A DNA stretch of 20,104 bases from Myxococcales bacterium (GTDB lineage Bacteria; Myxococcota; Myxococcia; Myxococcales; Anaeromyxobacteraceae): positions 1 through 20,104 of the forward strand of contig JBBQEB010000061.1 in the NCBI GenBank assembly GCA_038320275.1. The letters are read 5' to 3'. The notes below the pieces were generated by a model. It worked only from the letters and a program-made list of their open reading frames with translations. It searched no databases and was not told where the DNA came from. Positions 16,328 through 20,104 of the stretch are shown one piece after another. Both the position numbers and the translations under genes were made by a program. The first letter of the stretch is position 1. Each line of letters begins with the position of its first letter.

Positions 16328-17104
16328 ATGAGCGACGACACCTGGGCGCTGGGCGGGCGCACCTTCACGAGTCGCCTGCTGGTCGGGACCGGCAAGTACC
16401 CCGACTTTCCCACCATGAAGCGCGCGCTCGTCGCGTCGGGCGCGGAGGTGGTCACCGTCGCGGTGCGCCGGCTCGACCTCACCAAGGTGGGCGCCGAGTC
16501 GCTCCTCGAGTGGATCCCCAAGGGGATGACGCTCCTCCCCAACACAGCGGCCTGCTTCACCGCCGACGAGGCGGTGCGCACCTGCCGGCTCGCGCGCGAG
16601 CTGGGCCTGGGTGACCTCGTGAAGCTGGAGGTCATCGGCGACAAGCGCACCCTCTTCCCCGACGTCGAGGCGCTGGTGCAGGCGGCGAAGGTGCTGGTGA
16701 AGGAGGGCTTCACCGTCCTGCCCTACACGAACGACGATCCGGTAGCGGCCCGGAAGCTGGAGGACGCGGGCTGTGCCGCGGTGATGCCGCTCGGCGCGCC
16801 CATCGGCTCCGGGCTCGGTATCCGGAATCCCTACAACCTCCGCATCGTGATGGAGTCGGTGAAGGTTCCGGTGCTGGTGGATGCCGGCGTGGGGACCGCC
16901 AGCGACGCCGCCCTGGCGATGGAGCTGGGGGCGGTGGCGGTGCTCATGAACACCGCCATCGCGGAGGCGAAGGAGCCGGTGCTGATGGCCGAGGCCATGC
17001 GCGAAGGCGTGAGCGCCGGCCGCAAGGCGTTCCTGGCGGGACGCATCCCGATGAAGCTGCACGCCGCGGCGTCGAGCCCGATGACGGGGCTCATCGGGCG
17101 GTAG
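16328..17104 (+). CDS. thiG: Thiazole synthase
   Basis: [67 protein letters not shown]. Confidence 0.97.
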   Translation: MSDDTWALGGRTFTSRLLVGTGKYPDFPTMKRALVASGAEVVTVAVRRLDLTKVGAESLLEWIPKGMTLLPNTAACFTADEAVRTCRLARELGLGDLVKLEVIGDKRTLFPDVEALVQAAKVLVKEGFTVLPYTNDDPVAARKLEDAGCAAVMPLGAPIGSGLGIRNPYNLRIVMESVKVPVLVDAGVGTASDAALAMELGAVAVLMNTAIAEAKEPVLMAEAMREGVSAGRKAFLAGRIPMKLHAAASSPMTGLIGR

Positions 17105-17119
17105 CGGCGTGTCGCTCCG

Positions 17120-17941
17120 TCAGGCGGGCTTCACCGCGGGTCCGGACGGCGCGATGCGGGTGAAGGCGTCGGCGACGAAGCGGAACACCCGCGACGGCTT
17201 GCCCCAGTTGCCCGAGGTGAAGCCGAGGCAGATGCGCTCGTAGGCGACCGGGTGCTGCTGGGGCTGGAACTCCTCCAGCGTGCCCTGCAGGGCGTAGCCG
17301 GAGAAGTCGTCCAGGTCGAGGAGGAGCCTGGTCTCCTGACGGTTCGCCTTGAGGTTCGCGTACGTCTTCAGGGCGAGACCGTCGCCATGGTAGAGCACCA
17401 GCCGGCCGCCCTGTTCCTCGTGGTGAAAGACGAAGCGAGGCGAGATGTTGGCGCCCTCGCCGATGGCGACCAGCGCGAAGCGCACGCCTCCCACGAGCTG
17501 CTGCACCTCCTCGAACGGGATCTGCTCGAAGAATTTCAGCGTGTAGGGACTGTGGTGCACGGTGTAGATCTGCGCGCCCTTCACCAGAGTATCGCCCGCG
17601 ACGAGCTCGTAGGCGGTGGAGGGGGAATCGGGATCCACCGCCCGCGTCTTGATCTGGTAGCCCTGGTACTGGGAGACGTTGGTCACGTGCACGCTGACGC
17701 ACTCTCCCCGGCGAGGCATGCGGGGCAGCGCTCCGCGCAAGCGGACGCGCAGCTCCTTTCCCCCCCCAGCTTCCTCCAGCGCGACGATCGGGCAGATCCC
17801 CATGGTGGCGCGGGTGCCAGCCTGGCTCGTCGTTCCGAGGAAGGTGAGCAGCTTGTCGTGATAGACGGTGGGCACGTGCCGCGCTTGCCGCACCTTCTGC
17901 CCCTCGATGAAGTCGAGAAGCTTCTGCAAGTCCGGGTTCAC
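17120..17941 (-). CDS. Uncharacterised protein, probable tandem pyridoxamine-5'-phosphate-oxidase-like (FMN split-barrel) domains, 273 aa
   Basis: SD AAGGAGAG (17946-17953 on minus) before GTG 17941. Balanced amino-acid composition unlike a shadow ORF. C-half has NISPR and KTYANLKAN...LLLDLDDFSGYALQG; N-half has VSVHVTNVSQYQGYQIK. Confidence 0.7.
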   Translation of the reverse strand: MNPDLQKLLDFIEGQKVRQARHVPTVYHDKLLTFLGTTSQAGTRATMGICPIVALEEAGGGKELRVRLRGALPRMPRRGECVSVHVTNVSQYQGYQIKTRAVDPDSPSTAYELVAGDTLVKGAQIYTVHHSPYTLKFFEQIPFEEVQQLVGGVRFALVAIGEGANISPRFVFHHEEQGGRLVLYHGDGLALKTYANLKANRQETRLLLDLDDFSGYALQGTLEEFQPQQHPVAYERICLGFTSGNWGKPSRVFRFVADAFTRIAPSGPAVKPA

Positions 17942-17994
17942 GGCGCTCTCCTTGGTGAGGGGTGGGGCGCGACGGACGCGCCGCAACCCCTGAC

Positions 17995-18624
17995 ATGCTA
18001 GTGCCGCGCCTCCATCTCGTCACGGACAGACGCCTGGTGACCAGTCTGAAGGCGAGCGTCGCGGCTGCTCTCGCCGGGCTCCCGGCTGGGCAGGTGGCGG
18101 TCCACCTGCGCGAGAAGGACCTCGGCGGGCGCGAGCTGCTCCTCCTCGCGCGCGAGCTCGAGAGGGCTTGCCACCGGGCCGGGCAGCTCCTCGTCGTGAA
18201 CGATCGACTCGACGTGGCGCTCGCGGCTGGCGCAGACGGCGTCCATCTGCCGGCGAGCGGTCCTGGGCCAGCGGCAGCCCGGCGGCTCGGCGGTCCGGCC
18301 CTGCTCGTCGGCGTGTCCTGTCACGGCGCCGCCGACGTGGCCCGGGCCGCCGACGAGGGGGCGGACTACGCGACCTTCGGGCCCGTCTTCGACACGCCTT
18401 CCAAGCGGCGCTTCGGGCCGCCGGTCGGGATCGAGGCCCTGCGCACGGCGGTCGGCCGAGGGCTTCCACTGGTGGCGCTGGGAGGGGTGAGCCGCGCGAA
18501 CGGGGCCGCCGCGCTGGCGGCGGGCGCGGCAGGTTTGGGCGTCATCCGCGCCTGGCTCGCCGAGGGCGATCCGGGGGAGGCGGTGCGGGCGCTGCTCCAG
18601 ACCCTCCGCTTCACAATGCCCTGA
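17995..18624 (+). CDS. thiE: Thiamine-phosphate synthase / TenI family protein, about 209 aa
   Basis: LHLVTDRR, HLREKDL, VVNDRLDVALA, DGVHL, GVSCH, GADYATFGPVFDTPSK, VALGGV. Start is ATG 17995 or GTG 18001. Some ThiE residues deviate. Confidence 0.8.
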   Translation: MLVPRLHLVTDRRLVTSLKASVAAALAGLPAGQVAVHLREKDLGGRELLLLARELERACHRAGQLLVVNDRLDVALAAGADGVHLPASGPGPAAARRLGGPALLVGVSCHGAADVARAADEGADYATFGPVFDTPSKRRFGPPVGIEALRTAVGRGLPLVALGGVSRANGAAALAAGAAGLGVIRAWLAEGDPGEAVRALLQTLRFTMP

Positions 18625-18703
18625 CGAGGGCGGGCCCGGCTTCGAGAAGCAGCCGCGCTCGCGGGGGTGCGAGAGGCCGCCGGATCGGGTATACCCCGCC
18701 CGC

Positions 18704-19096
18704 ATGGGAGCACCCGTCTACGAGGTCGCGAAGGAGTTTCTCTTCAGCGCCGCGCACCAGATCCGCATGCACGGTGGCAAGTGCGAGCGGCTGCACGGCC
18801 ACAACTGGCGCATCCGCGTGCACGCGCGCGCCTCCACCCTGAATCGCATCGGCATGGTGGTGGACTTCGCCGACCTCCAGAAGGTCGTGGCCGAGCTGTG
18901 CGCCCGCTTCGACCACCGCAACGTGAACGAGGTGGAGCCCTTCACCGAGCTCAACACGACCGCGGAGAACCTGTCCCGGTTCTTCTACGACGAGGCGAAT
19001 CGCGCCCTGGAGACCGCCGAGGCGGGGCGCGTCCGCGTCTCCCGGGTGGAGGTCTGGGAGAACGACGGCTCGCTCGCGACCTACTGCGAGGAGTAG
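18704..19096 (+). CDS. queD: 6-carboxy-5,6,7,8-tetrahydropterin synthase (PTPS family)
   Basis: FSAAH, KCERLHGHNW, GMVVDF, FDHRNVNEV, TTAENL, VEVWEN. Confidence 0.93.
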   Translation: MGAPVYEVAKEFLFSAAHQIRMHGGKCERLHGHNWRIRVHARASTLNRIGMVVDFADLQKVVAELCARFDHRNVNEVEPFTELNTTAENLSRFFYDEANRALETAEAGRVRVSRVEVWENDGSLATYCEE

Positions 19097-19121
19097 CGAC
19101 GGAGCTGTCAGGGTGGGCCTG

Positions 19122-19127
19122 TACGCT
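19122..19127 (+). promoter_or_regulatory. Putative -10 element (leaderless transcript)
   Basis: TACGCT, then 7 nt, then GTG 19135; no SD. Confidence 0.45.
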
Positions 19128-19134
19128 CACCCAT

Positions 19135-20104
19135 GTGCCGGTCCTCTGCATCGTCCCCTCACCGCTCCGGGCGGCCCGAGCCGAGCGAAGGCTCTGCGAC
19201 GCCGAGGGCGGCCTGCTCTTCGGCGCGCGGGTCACGACGCTCCCGCGCCTGGCCGCGACCATCCTGGCCGCCGCTGGCGACCGGCGGACGCTCCTCACGC
19301 CGCTCTCCGAGGAACTGCTGGCGCGCGAGGCGGGAGGGGGCGGCGTCTCGCAGGGGCCGGGGCAGGCGAAGGCGAGCGCGCGCGCGGTTGCCGAGCTCCG
19401 GCGGGCCGAGATCTCCTCCGCCCAGGCCGCCGCCGCCGCCGCGGCGCTGCGGGGAGCGCAGCGCGAGCGGCTGGCAGCGCTCGCCCAGGCGCTCGCCGGG
19501 TACGAGGCGCGGCTCGCCGCGCTGTCTGCCCTGGACGGGCCGGCAGCGCTCCGGGCGGCGGCCGAAGCGCTGCCGCGGGCCACCGCGCACGAGGATCTTC
19601 GCGCCCTCGACCTCCTCGTCGTGGAGGGCGTCACCTCGCTCTCTCCCGGCGCGAGCGAGCTCCTCGCGGGGCTGGTGCGGCGAGCCGCGCGCACCCTGGC
19701 GCGGCTCCCCTACTTCCCGGACCGCTCGGACCTCTCCGCGCCGGCGGAGCCGCTCCTGCGCCGCCTCGAGGGGCTCCACGCAGTCACCGCCGAGCGCGGC
19801 GTCGAGGTCGAGCTGGAGGCGCTCGACGATGCGCGCGCCCCTCGGCTCGCGCGAATGCTGCAAGAGGTCGCCGGAGGTGCCCGCTCCCCCGCGCCCGGCG
19901 GCACGGGCGAGGTGATCGCCGTGGCCGGCGCCGGCGAGCGCGGCGAGGCGGAGGAGGTTGCCGCCATGGCCGCGGGGCTCGCCGCGCGCGGGTTCGCACC
20001 GGGCGACATCCTCGTGCTGGCCCCCTCCCCGGAGGGCGCCGCGAAGCACCTTCAGCGCGCCTTCTCCGAACGCGGGCTCTCGCTCGCGACCGGCGAGAGC
20101 GCGC
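19135..20104 (+). CDS. N-terminal part of an AddB/RexB-like protein (inactive helicase-like subunit of ATP-dependent nuclease), runs off the window
   Basis: Hand translation from GTG 19135 is stop-free to the end: MPVLCIVPSPLRAARAERRL...RVTTLPRLAATIL...AVAELRRAEIS...YEARLAALSALD...LLVVEGVTSLSP...ERGEAEEVAAMA...GFAPGDILVLAPSP...LQRAFSERGL. This follows the AddB N-terminal motif order. Confidence 0.7.
   Translation, partial: MPVLCIVPSPLRAARAERRLCDAEGGLLFGARVTTLPRLAATILAAAGDRRTLLTPLSEELLAREAGGGGVSQGPGQAKASARAVAELRRAEISSAQAAAAAAALRGAQRERLAALAQALAGYEARLAALSALDGPAALRAAAEALPRATAHEDLRALDLLVVEGVTSLSPGASELLAGLVRRAARTLARLPYFPDRSDLSAPAEPLLRRLEGLHAVTAERGVEVELEALDDARAPRLARMLQEVAGGARSPAPGGTGEVIAVAGAGERGEAEEVAAMAAGLAARGFAPGDILVLAPSPEGAAKHLQRAFSERGLSLATGESA

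Noticed and set aside
16013..17062. 350-aa N-terminal extension of the helicase ORF (1296 aa in the track)
   Set aside because: It crosses the intergenic gap and runs antisense through thiS and thiG, giving His/Arg-rich shadow sequence. Helicase-like sequence starts only after ATG 16012/16006.
18625..18670. Terminator hairpin between thiE and queD
   Set aside because: Only short, imperfect GC stems and no U-tract; not distinguishable from chance.
19420..19450. GCC trinucleotide run as a tandem repeat or phase-variation tract
   Set aside because: It is a short in-frame poly-Ala stretch, common in GC-rich coding DNA.
13172..20104. Defence or DNA-modification system from helicase + ubiquitin-like ThiS + QueD + nuclease subunit (Dpd/Qat/Bil-like)
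   Set aside because: thiS-thiG is a standard thiamine pair and queD and addB look like housekeeping genes. No dpdA, queC, queE, E1/E2 or JAB genes are present, and the helicase is on the other strand.
1..20104. CRISPR array, tRNA/rRNA, IS element, integrase or att repeats
   Set aside because: No regularly spaced repeats, RNA gene signatures, transposase/integrase motifs or flanking direct repeats were seen by eye. Intergenic gaps are all under about 140 bp.

Overview
Very GC-rich bacterial window, probably from an Anaeromyxobacter-like myxobacterium (inferred from the AgmX/PglI-type domain, gene content and GC). Gene order: end of a TPR protein; GT2-TPR-glycosyltransferase; anaerobic glycerol-3-phosphate dehydrogenase glpA-glpB; a three-gene glycan-tailoring cassette (SAM methyltransferase, WbsX/GH99-like protein, and a convergent methyltransferase-GT2-like-CmcI fusion); small 2x[4Fe-4S] protein; diacylglycerol kinase family protein; secreted AgmX/PglI-domain protein; stand-alone SNF2/RapA-like helicase (minus strand); thiS-thiG; an inverted double split-barrel protein; thiE/TenI-family gene; queD; and the start of an AddB/RexB-like gene that the ORF track misses. 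The best candidate for an undescribed system is the O-methylated-glycan locus (1-10630). It interleaves with glpAB/Fe-S/DAG-kinase genes and carries a domain resembling mycobacterial rhamnosyl O-methyltransferase. Also notable are repeated -10-like boxes placed for leaderless transcription and an unknown split-barrel gene inside the thiamine cluster. No RNA genes, CRISPR arrays or mobile elements were seen. All family calls come from motif recognition, not database searches.
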